Of a stretch of DNA of 59,505 bases, positions 34,907 to 47,539 are shown one piece after another. Origin of the DNA: Tricharina praecox (lineage: Eukaryota). The position numbers and the translations under genes were made by a program. The notes beneath the pieces are model-generated. The model had not been told where the DNA came from. It ran no database searches and saw only the letters and a program-made list of their open reading frames with translations. The DNA is taken from assembly GCF_024521635.1 (NCBI RefSeq), contig NW_026250449.1, positions 62,001 to 121,505 of the forward strand, written 5' to 3'. Position 1 is the first letter of the stretch. Every line of letters starts with the position of its first letter.

Positions 34907-35356
34907 CTAATCGCTGCTCTCAGCCGACTCTGCGACAAGATCGTCGGTGACAAGAACGTCGGCGACGCGCTTCGAGAAGTTCTCGCAGCAGAAGTTGCAG
35001 TCGTTGTCCCCGAAGCAATCGAAGCACTCGTTGTGCTCCCTGCAGCCGTAGTTGCAGGGCCTGTAGTTCCTGTAGCAGCAGTTGTCGCGGCAGCCATCGC
35101 GGCAGCCCTGGAAGCAGGGACGGTACTGCTCGTTGTCGCAGCAGAATTGGTTGCCGAACTCGCCGCGGCAGGGGTCGTTGTACTGGTCGCGGTTGCGGTA
35201 GCACGGGCGTTGCTGGTAGCACGGCTGCGCCTGGTAGTAGCGCGGTCCGTTACAACCGAAGCCGACACCGTTGCCGGGGGCGGCGATGGGAGCGGCGTTG
35301 GCAAAGCCGAAGGCGGCGACGATACCGACGATGCTGAGGATGGTGGAGGCGTGCAT
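34907..35356 (-). CDS. Small secreted cysteine-rich protein precursor (149 aa, 18 Cys)
   Basis: Signal peptide MHASTILSIVGIVAAFGFANA-AP; Cys-rich core; KR site followed by an acidic tail; very high GC3; TATA-like ATAAATA at about 35505 and AATAAA at about 34660 on the minus strand. Confidence 0.88.
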   Translation of the reverse strand: MHASTILSIVGIVAAFGFANAAPIAAPGNGVGFGCNGPRYYQAQPCYQQRPCYRNRDQYNDPCRGEFGNQFCCDNEQYRPCFQGCRDGCRDNCCYRNYRPCNYGCREHNECFDCFGDNDCNFCCENFSKRVADVLVTDDLVAESAESSD

Positions 35357-36730
35357 GTTGCTGGTTGGGGGTTGGTTGGTTGGTTTGGGTGGAAAGAGTG
35401 TGGAAAGTTCGAAAGAGTGAAAGGATGCGTGAATGAGTATGAATGAACGAGTAGATGAGTGAATGAGTTGATGCTGCTGAGATTGGAGGCCGGATTCCGT
35501 CGGTATTTATGTGAGCAGTGGTCCTCTAGGGAAACTAGGAGTCGACGCCCCGAAGGTTCATCACGCTCGTGAAGCTGGGGTTTCCGTCTTCCACAACCCA
35601 GAAACCTACATTACCGCTCTCAAAGTCCCTCCACCGTTGGTTAACCTACCTACGGTTCACTGCTATGTAAAGGACCACACGCCAAAGCTTGAGTTTGGAG
35701 GATACCTCTCACCAACCTAGGTAGTGCGGTTGCGAAAGACAGTTTTGAGAAGGAGGGTTATCCGGTCAGAGGATATTCTTCCGCGCTTTCTTTGCAAGGC
35801 GACCGCTCTGTAGCACTTGTAGATGGAGTCTAAGGTTCGTTAGCCAATGTTGAGGGCATTGCCTAATCCGTGCCCAGATTTTCGTGCATCGTCAACCAGT
35901 GTAATAATCCGCCTTCGCCCATCCCGAGTAGGTTCTCTATGGCTGTCCGCTGTCGGAAGATTCCCCACAGTGTCCGTTTGGTTCAATGGTCTCCGATAAC
36001 GCACGAAACTCTCACCTGACGGATGGAGATGGCGCGGCGGGGCGGTAACGATGTGGATAGAGTTCGACAATTCTCCGCCACTCCAGCTGAGCGTACACGG
36101 GAAGTCCCATCTCCAAAGCTTAAATACCCTTCCACCATAGAGTGCGCTGCTGTACAGGCATGTTGGACATTTGGATTCCAGTACGAGCAGACACTGACCC
36201 ATATTTAGCCATGCGAGCCTTGTTCTCACGGCATCTCTACCCCTCGTCTTCCCTGGAGGCTGTACTAGGTAAAGGTGCAATTTTGAGCTTGTATGTGTGG
36301 GAGGTATGTCATTCCGAGGAACCGTTCGAAAAACTTGCTCTATCAGCCGAAAAAAACGCTGCCGTTGGACTGCTGCTGCGAGATTTGGACGTAGGTTTCC
36401 AGGTACCGACATTGGGACGTCTCACCAAGTGCGGGGAGCGGAAGAGAGCGAGGGAGGGAGGGAGGGAGGGCACTAGGCTGAATGCGTATCTGTGATGGGA
36501 GGTGACATGTGACTGATCTCTGTCGTCACGTGGGATGTGGCCTCGTGACGACAGCCTCGGCTGTAAGGTTGTAGCCTCGGCTCTTAAAGCTGGATGACTT
36601 GGCGTCTTGGTAAGACGACCACGTCGAGAGCTGGGACGAGAGCTTTCTTCTCTCTCTTCTGTTCATCACTTTGCTTCTTCTTCTTCTTTCTGTTGATTGA
36701 GAAGGGCTCTACCAGCAGCACTTACGTAAT

Positions 36731-37651
36731 ATGCCTATTCCCGTTCTGCGCGGTATTCGATACGGCCTGGACACGCATCAGCAAGCTCGTAATGCGATTG
36801 TTGTTCGGCTCTTAGAGATGGCAGAGTTGATTCAAGAACTTGAGTTGGCGTACGCTTGCACTTCAATGGAGTCCATGTGTCGGGTCGTCTGGATAGCCAC
36901 ACTGTGTAAAAGTAAAGTTCATATGGAGATGATACGGATAATGTGTAATAACATCACCGACATCGGCTTCCCATTCGTTAAAACCGATTTCGATTTCTTC
37001 AGCACCTATCTTTCTAGGATTGCTACCTACTACCCCGCACGTGGTACATTTCACACGCTGGGGCCGAAATTCAACCTCTTCACCGGTAAAAGGGTCGTCA
37101 TTACGGCTATTGATTCCCTCCAGCAAGAGACGACAGTTGATCCCTCCTCGTCCCAGGTTAGTACATTTGATGTCTTTAAGAGTGCGCTCCTATCCGCCGA
37201 CGACCTTGCGAAGTTCCATGGCCGACACAGCAAACGCCTGGAAAACGAATATACCCGACGTCGTGAGAACCTGGAAATCCGCGAACATTGCGAAATGCGG
37301 CTATTATGCTTCCACGAAGAGAACCCCGACATGAAGCCTCTTCAAAACTACCTTGGCATCTCCGAGCACTCGTGCTTCAACTGCGACTTTGTCCTTCGGC
37401 TTCTCCAAGATGATGGATACCTCTGTCCGTTTGTCGTCTCGCAACCGGGCCGGAAGAAGAGACAGAAACCTGCGAGCCCGGCGGTCTACAACGTCGTACC
37501 GGGCTACCATACTAGAAAGGTATCCGCCGACTGGAAGTTCCCCGCGATCGACTACGGCAACGCGAAAGGCGCGGTGGCGAATAATGCTCGACTGCGACGT
37601 ATAGAAGCGCAAGCCCGCTTACCTACTGCACTAGTAGGGGTAGGTGTTTGA
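36731..37651 (+). CDS. OTT_1508-like nucleic-acid/nucleotide deaminase domain protein (306 aa, possibly 5'-truncated)
   Basis: HCEMRLL..YLGISEHSCFNC..GYH..KVSADWKFP follows the HxE..YxGxSKxxCxxC..H.K...W..P pattern of this family. Confidence 0.7.
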   Translation: MPIPVLRGIRYGLDTHQQARNAIVVRLLEMAELIQELELAYACTSMESMCRVVWIATLCKSKVHMEMIRIMCNNITDIGFPFVKTDFDFFSTYLSRIATYYPARGTFHTLGPKFNLFTGKRVVITAIDSLQQETTVDPSSSQVSTFDVFKSALLSADDLAKFHGRHSKRLENEYTRRRENLEIREHCEMRLLCFHEENPDMKPLQNYLGISEHSCFNCDFVLRLLQDDGYLCPFVVSQPGRKKRQKPASPAVYNVVPGYHTRKVSADWKFPAIDYGNAKGAVANNARLRRIEAQARLPTALVGVGV

Positions 37652-38829
37652 ACGAACGGAGCTCACCGGGAGTGGATCTCAGGTTTGTGGATTCGAGGAA
37701 CGGCTAGATGGTGTTCGCAAAAGACGGAGGGTGAGATGAAGCAGCAAAGACGAGTGGTGCCGATGCTATAGTAGCTATACAGGCGGTCTTCAATGGTTGC
37801 CCAGGCCGCGAGGTGAGCCGCCGGGCTGTTTGACTCGGATTGATCCCGCTGCACACGCTTCAAGGTCAAGTCAAGTACGGAAACGAAAGTGGTTAGGGGT
37901 TTAGAGCAGGCTGAAGAACGCGCGAGAGGGCGGGGAACACAGGAAGACAATGATGGCGATGGGGAGGGCTGAACACCACCGGTATGTCAGCCTTGGCGCA
38001 GCAGGGGTGGCCTCCTCGCTGCCAATGCATGTGATCGGTTCAACACCTGCCTCGCTGTATGGTATAGTACATACCGGCGGGAAGCCACCCGCACCGGTTG
38101 CACAAAGAGAGCGAACCATACGACCGCCTCATGACGGAAACTGGCGGCTGTTAATCCCCCTCGACCGTTCTTTACCACCGTGGTAACAGCGACGCAATCA
38201 GCAGTCTTCCCCGGCAGCCTCCTCCCGGGACGGAAAAAAGGCGACTGCAGTCGTCACATAAGGCTAGTACAAATACCTTGAGGCGACACGAATCACAAGA
38301 AAGAAAGCTCCGCGGCGTATTATGCTGGTAGTGGTAGAGGGAAGTATGAGTTTAGTAGGCGCACTGGATGAAGATGGGGAAAACGTAGGACTATAAAGAC
38401 TTGATCATTATCTCTTCTACAGCGGCAGTAGGTCCTCTATGTACCTGTCCCACGTAAATGGCCTCCCGGCTCGCCTAGCAGGCAGACTACTCGTAGGCCC
38501 CACCACGCTCGGGGCACCAAACATGATGCGAATGCCTGATGTCTGCACGGCTAAGATCCGGCACCAGGAGTCCTCCGGCGCCCTAGGTGTCGTCCGGAGC
38601 CATCGGACGTCTAGATTCGATAGAACATGACGACGCGGTGTCTCTGCCACTACAGGACAGCGATGCTATCGCGGGATTGCTAGGCCTCGACGGCGACGGG
38701 CTTTCGTGTTCGCTGGTCCTGGACGAAGATAGAGTCGCGGCATCGCTTGCACTAGACGACATTCAACACATGCTCATGCTGGGAAAGGTTTTCATTGTAA
38801 TGTTTGGTGTGGTAAGTGCTGAAAGGAGT

Positions 38830-38981
38830 GGTACGTTTTTTCACCATGCCGGACTGCAGTCAAACCCCGTCCGGCAAATTGGCGGACGTGATGGACCAGT
38901 TTCATCCCGTCGTCCAAGACAAATCCGACGGGACCGTACTGATCCGGTGCAGTCCGTCCGGACTCTGGAGAAAACTCTCTG
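38830..38981 (-). mobile_element. MITE/hAT-like end fragment
   Basis: Reverse complement reads GAGTTTTCTCCAGAGTCCGGACGGACTG, similar to the CAGTGTTCTCCATAGTCCAG end at 40743; GGAC/GTCC subterminal motifs. Confidence 0.4.
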
Positions 38982-39799
38982 TCCATTTCTGAGGCGAGTG
39001 CGTGAACTGACTTCAAGCCGGAGGACTGAGGTTTTTCATTCAACGCCGGTGGGCAGCGTTCCTCAACTGCCACGGGCACTGGAAAGGTGTTTTCTTTTGT
39101 GCTGTATTTTTTTTGTTTGTGAGACTTAGGAGGTGCGTCATGATAGCTGGTAGGTTATTAGGAAGAAAACGGGAGGACGCGTCTAGTGAGGTTCACACCG
39201 CCTACGGAAGGAATCCCTTATTCACCAATTCGCAAATCCTGCAAATTGGCTCTGCAGGTTACAGCGGTTGTATCTGCCGTGAGTGATTCATTGGGCGACC
39301 GGCGATAAACCGTGTTTGCCATATGGGCGGTGGGCTCGTATGTGACTCGCGAACGTATTTTTCTTTATCCGTCACACGACTGCAGGCTCCCGAGGTTGCC
39401 CCCGCTCAACTGATACACAGACATGGGAGCTATGTACCTTCGAACATATTTTGCTATCCGAATACGGCAAATCCGCCGTTGAAACAACTACTCCGTTCAC
39501 GATGGCCGCGAATCTCCTCCCCCGCTTCGCCGGCGACACTCTCGATGGCCACGCTGGTATACCACTCCGACAGCTCCGGATATTGTCAACTTTCTTGCGC
39601 CGTACACTGGTTCGCGGAGAGATCGGAAAACATCAGCTTTCCGTCGGCGGTCTCAGAGGAATCGCGGACGTTATCCGTCACTGCCCTCCGGTGGTATGCT
39701 CCCCTCCGTACCCAGTTCAAGAACCAAGATACATACATCTTTCATCGGGAGGTTTGCGGTGAAGCTCATGTGCCGCACAGCGTTCTTTCTGGCCAAAAA

Positions 39800-40479
39800 A
39801 CTCAGAGAGAACAACATCCCACATCAGCGCGTGCTTCGCCGCCTATCCCGACTTCGACTACGGCCCAGGCCAGCCTGCCGCCGACGAGTACCAGCGCCTT
39901 CACGTGCACCTCCTCAAAACAGGCCAGTCCTGGCGATTCAAGGCGGGTTCGGATAGCACTGGCAAGAATGCGATAATACAGGCAACCCAATCCTGAATGC
40001 CTTCCGAGCCGCTTTCCAGGCCAACTTCAATGCGCTGTCTGGCATCGGCGGCAGCGCTAGCAGGAGATTGCTGTGCGAGGTTATCGGTTGCAAACCGCGG
40101 GAGCTGAAGCAAAGTGTATGCCATATATCTGCATTCCTTGACAACTACCACAGGTGTATGTACATCTCAGCTGAAAGTACCCATAGATGGTGCATGTCAA
40201 TATTTGCGACGGCTACGATGTCGGTGTGGGAACTACAGAAGCGCCAGTGCAGCGCTTTCTAAGTTTTGCAAAATTGGCGGAGGACGCGAAACTCCGGCGC
40301 AGGATTATCCAAAGGACAATGCAACCGGCGCTTTGGCGCTCGTGTTGCGGCACAGGCATCAGCCCGGTATAGAAGACGCTTTGGGGATCGGTTCAGGCGA
40401 GAAATTGGGCGCTGTTTTGAGGCAAATCCAAGCGAGGGTGGTGCAAGAAAAGGGGAGCTGCGGAGGGATTGAAGACTAG
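39800..40479 (+). pseudogene. Frameshifted relic of a conserved fungal hypothetical protein
   Basis: Ordered motifs across frames: FAAYPDFDYGPGQPAADEYQRL, FRAAFQANFN, LLCEVIG, VHVNICD, VQRFLSFAKL, YPKDNATGALALVLR. They resemble a fungal family recalled from memory and not verified. Confidence 0.4.
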
Positions 40480-40742
40480 CCAGCGTAATAGATGTCCTGA
40501 TAATCAAGTCTAGATACTACAAATCAACATGGTCGTCGTGTTCCACTCGTAGCCATGTTCTCAGGAAACCTTCACTGCGTGCTTGGAGGCAAATGACCAA
40601 CTCCCGCTGATAGCACGTTTGTGAACAGCGTTCACGAGATGTTCATTAGGAATGACCAGATATGTAGGGAGAACGAGGAGTGACTTCGAATTCGCGCGAT
40701 TTATTTGTATCCCAGTGCGACGACAATTGTCCTAGTAGGTAC

Positions 40743-40850
40743 CAGTGTTCTCCATAGTCCAGCCCGTCCGTCCTGGGCCTCGGACCGGACTGGACTGTAT
40801 CTCGGTAGTCAGTCCGGGAGCGGTGTTCGGACCGACTAGTCCGAATCCAG
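40743..40850 (+). mobile_element. MITE/hAT-like left end fragment
   Basis: CAGTGTTCTCCATAGTCCAG followed by GGACCG/GGACTG/AGTCCG subterminal motifs; related to the element at 32712. Confidence 0.5.
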
Positions 40851-41149
40851 CCGAGTGGCGGAAGTGCCCTGCCACAGGCCTACAAAGTCATCTCGCTGGT
40901 AGGTAGCGGTGCCTTCGCACAGTCCTGCAACCTCGTACTGTACCCCTCGTCCTGGCGCCCGCCCGGCGGCGGCAGTCACCTCCCACAGTCCTGCGTCCTT
41001 GTAGTCCCAGCCTGACGTCTCGCTCGGCGGTGGGAGTGACCTGCCACACTGCTGCGACCTCGTACTTCACTCATCGTCTCGCCCGGTGGTAACGGTGCCC
41101 TGAAACACTGCTCTGACCTGGTACTCCGCCCATATAGTCCAGCAGGCCC

Positions 41150-41630
41150 AAAAATAGCCATATCGCAATGCGTTTTCACCTGTTTATCTCGACTAGACAC
41201 TAGCTAGCATCCCCACGATGTTTTTATTCATATCAACGTCTCGCTCTCTAGATCTGACGCAGTTTACTGGTCGCCCGTGGATGATTTGGTTGCTCAACAG
41301 TGGTGCTCTACGGCCGTGCAGGACCCACAACTGCTATTCGGTAGTCGGTTTTCACCAATTTCTCTCGGTTGGATACTCACAGGCATCACCAAGGTGTGTT
41401 AATACCAACCGCCGTCTCGTTCTGTAAGTCTGACGCAGTCTACTGCGCAGGCGATCTGGTTGCTTTGCAGCGTAGACAGAACCAAAAACTGCCATATCGC
41501 AGTTGGTTTTCACCTGTTTCTCTCGACCAGACACTCGTTGGGATCCTCAAGGTGCGGACATCCCACTTGACGTCTTAATACATGGGTCTGTCGCAGTGTA
41601 CTGGCTGGCTGTGGGGGATCTGTTGCTGAG
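41150..41630. repeat. Degenerate direct repeats
   Basis: GCCATATCGCA..GTTTTCACCTGTTT.TCTCGAC.AGACACT at about 41157 and 41491; TCTGaCGCAGT.TACTG at about 41253, 41429 and 41587. Confidence 0.6.
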
Positions 41631-41748
41631 CGTGAGATATATGGTGACCACTCATTAGGGTGATGGTTCATGATGCCAGGTGGACAGCTTGATACTTTGT
41701 GATGTAGGATTATCACTAAATATGTTATGAAGGAGTATAATACAACTC

Positions 41749-42592
41749 TGTGACACCCCAATAGACTCTCGCGTCGTCAGAGCCAGATCGGTGAGTTCCG
41801 GAAGGGATTAGAATACAGGAAAAGATAGTTATAGCATTGAGACCAGTTAGGCAGAAGTGAGCAAACAGGATCTGTATATCACACGCCAATTGACTGTGGG
41901 CAAGTTACAGCAAGAGCAGTCCGTTTGGAAGTGCTCAGAACACAGAAATAGATAGTTATAGCATAGAGACGAGTTAGGCAGGAGTGCGCAAACGGGATCC
42001 AGAGTCCAGACAGGGTTCGGCAATACGGGCGATGCATGGTAAAGCTTGATACAGCTGAGACGGCCTGAGCAGGTGCATGATGGAACCCTGTAGAAAGAAA
42101 GCTGATCATGAAACCTGTTATCATGTGGGATTACCAATGTATCGACAAATGGAAGACTGTAGAGCCGGGCCGGTTATCAGTGCGGACATGAAGATGTGTA
42201 CTGCTTACTCTGAGCTACCCTCGGGTAGGAAGTGGTAAGCACGTCTTGTCTAGTTGGAAACAGCTATCACTGCGACAGCTTACGGCGACTCTATGGCCTA
42301 GACTTTGGGGGTGACTCTTGGTAACGCTTATGTCAGAACATGACTCAAAGGGCGTTTGCAACGGAGTTCCCCACAACAGAGTTTTCTGATCACGCGTTTA
42401 GGTGTACGGGTAGACTATATAGTCAAGGGACTACCGTCACGGAAAACTCAACACCAGCACAACCAGAACACTGAATACTACCGCCTTTACCCCTTAACAT
42501 TATTCCGCTGCGAATTATTCAAATCCCTGACTTTTATTCTATACTCGATATTTATCAAGACTCCAACGTCCTGGAACTGTTTCAGTCTCACA
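41749..42592 (+). mobile_element. LTR, family A/B (TGTGACACCCC...CAGTCTCACA), followed by a decayed gag-like ORF
   Basis: TG..CA ends; homologous to 44058-44317 and to the reverse complement of 43079-43768 and 53914-54603. Confidence 0.75.
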
Positions 42593-42641
42593 CTATAATC
42601 CTACGAGTTATAAGTTACCGATTTTAAAAAAAGAAATTAGT

Positions 42642-44050
42642 ATGCCATCCTCCAAGGTCAAGATGCTTCGCCTTGAATACCCACATACACCAGGCGCAGT
42701 GCTCTCAACCACAAACACGGCTGGCGCAACATTCGAAATTGCAAACACATTCCCTGGTTGCAAATGATACTGCCACAATACCACCTTGCGCACCGCCACC
42801 TCCGCCAGATGTACTCCACATGCGATCCGGTGTTCACCCGCAACGACAGCCAGATGCAAGAAATCGAACGCAACCACGACCAGCTATGCGAGGCCATGAA
42901 GCATCTTCACATACAACACACGGCAAAAAACAAAGCCGCTACTGAGTGGCTCCCCACAGAACTCCCAAACGCCGCTTATGCCTTCCAAGCCTTGAACAGC
43001 GACGTGTGGGCAGTAATTATGGAGCGTTGCATGAAGGACGAGATCAGCCAACAGAACACCAGTATAGCCCACGCCCGGTGTGAGACTGGAACGAGTTTGC
43101 GTTGCCGGAGTATATGGTAGTATCGAGTGTAGAATAAAAGTCAGGGATTTCGATAATTCACAACGGAATAATCTTAAGGGTGTTTCTTTGATGGTTTGTT
43201 CGGTGCGATGATTGTAGTTTGGTTCGGTTGCCCGCTCGGTTCGGCTTATAGTCGTTCTGATCCGCAGCACGTGATTACTCTAGAGTGCGGCCTAACGTAG
43301 CTGCGTTGCTTCCTTTGCGTCGGAGTTCCGCGGCCTAGCCTTGAGTCGTCGTCAGCTCTCTTCGGATAGTCTTCCCGACTAGGCAGGTGGTAAACACCAC
43401 ACGCCCAAGATAGATCCGAGTTTCCGAGCAATTATCTCCCTCATGCGCCGGCAGAGTTCTTCGCGCGAAGTTGTCTGCCCCCATCGGTCGATGTTCGATT
43501 CTCTCGCCATAACAGTTTTTCCCTGGATCGGAGTTACTACTACGGGGCCCTATGAACGGAGATCTCAAAGTCCTCTAGACTGTTATCCCGATCTCCCGCA
43601 TCTCCGATCACTGTCTAGGCTCTGGAATCTGTTTGCTCCCTCCTTCCTATCTTGTCCTTGATCGCTTCTAACTATCCATTCGGCTCGCAACTCTATTCTA
43701 ATCACCCAAACTATCTAATCACATCTCTTGCGACCGTCGTGACCTTCGATACCTATCGGGGTGTCACACCCGGCTCCAAAGCGCGATTATCTTCCTCCAA
43801 ACCGTTCGGACCGAGCAGAGAAAGGCCAAGGAAAATTACAATTGCAGCATCTAAGTATGTGCGGAATAGCCGGTGAGAAGGTGCGACGAACTGCACAAGC
43901 AACAGTGAGAATTGAAGAGATTTGTGAAGGAAAAGGGAAAAGCATTGATGCAGGTGGAGATCCATGCAGGAAAACAGAAGGAGAAGGTTGCGGAATGGGC
44001 CCGCAGAGGCGCAGGAAAAAGATAAACATCTGAAGAATCGCGCGCATCGA
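42642..44050 (+). pseudogene. Decayed coiled-coil (gag-like) ORF interrupted by a solo LTR
   Basis: Helical ORF ..SIAHAR resumes as LQSAIIFLQ.. after the insertion; several stops; lies directly after an LTR. Confidence 0.45.
43079..43768 (-). mobile_element. Solo LTR (690 bp, family A/B) with CCCGG target-site duplication
   Basis: TGTGAGAC..GTGTCACA ends, CCCGG on both flanks, highly similar to 53914-54603. Confidence 0.92.
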
Positions 44051-44057
44051 CTGCTGG

Positions 44058-44317
44058 TGTGACACCCCAATAGACTCTCGGGCACTCAGAGGAAGAGCGG
44101 AACGTTCGGAAGTGATCGGGACAAAGGAGTAGATAGTCATAGTATAGAGACGAGTTAGGCAGGAGTGAGCAAGCAGGATCCAGAGTCTAGACAGCGTTTG
44201 GCGATACAGGTGATGCGCAGTAAAGTCTGATGAGGTAGAGACTGCCTGAGGCAGTGCATCATCGAACCCCGTAGGAAAGAACGCCGATCATGGAACCTGT
44301 TATGACAGGAGATTACT
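44058..44317 (+). mobile_element. Truncated LTR, family A/B
   Basis: Starts TGTGACACCCCAATAGACTCTCG as at 41749; cut by a family C LTR fragment at 44318-44483. Confidence 0.75.
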
Positions 44318-44607
44318 GGCACGGCTTGCGACGAAATGACAAAGGGAGGGTCGGCGCAAGAATCGGGAGAGTTGGGAGGCAGTGCACAGGCAGTGCACCG
44401 GCAGTGCAAGGATGAGTAGCAGAGGATTGGGGGCTGTGTGCAGGGAGCAGAAATAGCGCAGTAATGAGTCCCAGGGGATTGGGTGTAACAGCACGGTCGG
44501 GCAAGGCTCCAGGTAGCGAAGTCAGGCGGGGAATTGGGTGCTGGGTTTGGCAGAGGCAAGAGAGGCTCAGAGGACAAGGTAAGGCAGGGCTCAGTGCAGA
44601 CGGCAAC

Positions 44608-45166
44608 TGTAACGGCACGGTCGGGCAAGGCTCCAGGTAGCGGAGCCGGGCTGAGGATCGGGTTCTGGGTTCGGTAGAGGCAAGACGGGTTCAGGGGACA
44701 AGGTGAGGCAGGGCTCAGTGCAGACGGCAACTGAGAACAGAGGCAGGGACAAGGACTACGGCGCAGACGGCAGCCGAGGCAAGGACAGAGGTAACAGTGA
44801 TTGAATTAACAAGTTGTTGCGTGAAGAACTAAATACAGAGGGGCAACGGCCCGTTTATATAGAAAATCCTCCACTTCTTCCCGCAACCTGACAATGACCG
44901 TGGGCGTGTGCCAGACCCTGAGAAATCCACCTTGCCAGTACCCCACTTCCGTGACTCATACCCTGCGCAGCCGCACTACCCCTGCTTCCTGCACACAGCC
45001 CCAATCTCCTGCGACTCATTGCTGCGCTATCCCTGCTCCCTGCACACAGCCCCAAATCCTCTGCGACTCATCCTTGCACTGCCGGTGCACTGCCTCTGCA
45101 CTGCCCCCCAACTCTCCCAATCCTTGTGCCGACCCTCCCTTCGTCATTCCATCGCGAGCCGTGACA
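44608..45166 (-). mobile_element. Solo LTR, family C (559 bp), GCAAC TSD, inserted into another family C LTR
   Basis: TGTAAC..GTGACA ends, GCAAC on both flanks. Confidence 0.92.
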
Positions 45167-46392
45167 GCAACTAAGGACGGAGGCAGGGACAAGGACTACA
45201 GCGCGGACGGCAGCCAAGGCAAGGACAGAGGTAACAGTGATTGAATTAACAAGTTGTTGCGTGAAGAAGTAATTACAGAGGGGCGCCGGCCCGTTTATAT
45301 AGGAAATCCTCCACTTCTTCCCGCAACCTGACAATGACCGTGGGAATGTGCCTGACCCTGAGAAATCCTCCTCGCCGGTACCCCGCTCCAGTGACTCACA
45401 ACCTGCACTGCCGCGCTACCCCTGCTACCAACACCCAGCCGTAATTCCTCCGGCTCATTCCTGCATTGCCGCCCGCGCAGCCCCTTGCACTGCCCCCGCG
45501 CTGCTTTCCCGCCCCTGTTCCGACTCTTCCTCGAACGTTCCGGCGCGAGCCGTGACAGGAGCCCCTCCTAAGGCTCGAGTTCCCACGAGAGTAAATTGGA
45601 GTGGTCCAGGCTTCATTTGGTACCGTTGGTGGAAGTCGTCCACTACCTGTACGTCCACAAGGTTCTCCTCAGGTTCCCACGTCGGAGCTGCGAAACCCCT
45701 CCACTTGACTAGGTACTGGAGTCTTCCCCTCAGCGTCTGCTGTCCAGCACTTTCTCCACCTCCAATTCATCTTGGCCGTTCACGATTACCGGCAACGGTG
45801 GTGGCAGGATCTGGCTGGTGAGGGTGGGTGACGTCTTGTCGGTGTTCATCCAGTGACTCGCTGTAGATAAAGACGTGATGTAGGAAGGCAGTACAGAAGA
45901 CGTCCAGGAACAACCGTAAAACGTCGTTGATCAGGGCTTGGAATTCAGCTGGCGCATTGTTAGCCCGAAAGTCATTACCAATAATCCGAAAAGTCCGTAG
46001 CGGGTCCGGAAAGCCATTTTCCATTCCTCCCCTTCTGCCATTCGTACCAGGTTGTAAGCACCGCGGATATCCACTGTTGTAAAATACTTTGCATCGGACA
46101 GTCGCATCAAGGTTTCCTGGAGCAGAAGAAGTGGGTAGCAATTCTTGATTGTTCCTTCTTTCAGGCCTCAATAGTCCACACACAGTCGCAAGGAGCCGTC
46201 CGGTTTTTTGACAAACAGGATCGGTGATGCCCCTGGTGATGAGGACGCACAGATGAATTCCTTGCTCAGATTGTCGTCAAGCCGTTCCTTGAGGGCGATC
46301 AGCTCGGTTTTCGAGAGCGAATAGAGGGGTCCGTAAGGGGGCACAAATCCTGCCTTTAGTGGGATCTTGTAATCGTATTGCGGATGGGGTGG

Positions 46393-46902
46393 TATAACGG
46401 CACAGCCGGGCAAGGCTCCAGGTAGCGAAGCCGGGCTGGGGATCCGGTTCTGCCTTCGGTAGAGGCAAGACGGGTTCAGAGGACAGGGTAAGGCAGGGCT
46501 CAGTGCAGACGGCAACTAAGGACGGAGGCAGGGACAAGGACTACAGCGCGGACGGCAGCCGAGGCAAGGACAGAGGTAACAGTGATTGAATTAACAAGTT
46601 GTTGCGTGAAGAACTAATTACAGAGGGGCGCCGGCCCGTTTATATAGGAAATCCTCCACTTCTTCCCGCAACCTGACAATGACCGTGGGCATGTGTTAGA
46701 CCCAGAGAAATTCTCCTCGCTGATACCCCGCTCCAGTGAGTCACAGCCTGCACTGCCGCGCTACCCCTGCTACCAACACACAGCCCCAATTCCCCCGACT
46801 CATTCTTGCATTGCCGCCCGCGCAGCCCCTTGCACTGCCCCCGCGCTGCCTTCCGATCCCTGTTCCGACTCTTCTGAGGATGTGCCGTCGCGAGCCGTGA
46901 CA
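46393..46902 (-). mobile_element. Solo LTR, family C (510 bp), GGTGG TSD, inserted into a pol remnant
   Basis: TATAACGGCAC..GTGACA ends, GGTGG on both flanks, splits [16 protein letters not shown]. Confidence 0.9.
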
Positions 46903-47539
46903 GGTGGTAGGTTCTGTGCCAAACTTTCAGAGAAGAGGTGGAGAAATACGTGGTATTTGGGGGAAATATGGGCAGTTGGGCAATGTTTTTCTTCAGATAG
47001 AACTTCATTGATCTCCGTCAGGGTCGTGGCAAAGATGGTGAACTTCTCCTTTTCAGCCATCTGCTGGAAAGGCTTCATTCGAAGAACTGAGATTCTGACC
47101 ATGGGTTTTCTCTGGTTAGCATCCTGCTGGTGTTCTTTGATATGAGGAGACGTAATGCATCGGGCCGCGATGTCACCGGCCCCCGCGCTTACCGCTGGCT
47201 TCTCCAGAGCTACGTTTGGTGCGAGAGCGTAGGGTAGTTCTGGTTCGTCCGTGGTGATACTGTGGGCTACTGTAGGTACCGTATTGCAGTGTACAGTGCA
47301 ATATTGGAAACCAAACTCCCGTTGGTAAGAAGTCGGACCCCCAAGCTGGGCCGGCTTCAACCCGGGTGCCGTACCATCTCCCTCTCCGATGCTTCCGTCC
47401 CGAAGTGTTCGGAGTTCTATCTAGTCTATATACGGTGAATGCAGTCCTCCAACCCCCGCATCCTATTATCGCTCGACTCAAGAGAAAAACCCAGTGAGAA
47501 AAAACTCTTAGTCTTCTGTGAGCCGATAGTCCCTCGGTG

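Larger units (their letters stand above)
44484..47340 (-). mobile_element. Internally deleted Ty3/Gypsy element, family C: 3' LTR 44484-45557, chromodomain, RT and protease-RT linker remnants
   Basis: Polypurine tract next to the LTR at 45558; [59 protein letters not shown]; all match the element at 48167-55059. Confidence 0.85.

Noticed and set aside
34864..35446. Ala/Thr-rich alternative-frame and antisense ORFs over the Cys-rich gene
   Set aside because: By-products of high GC3 in the real frame.
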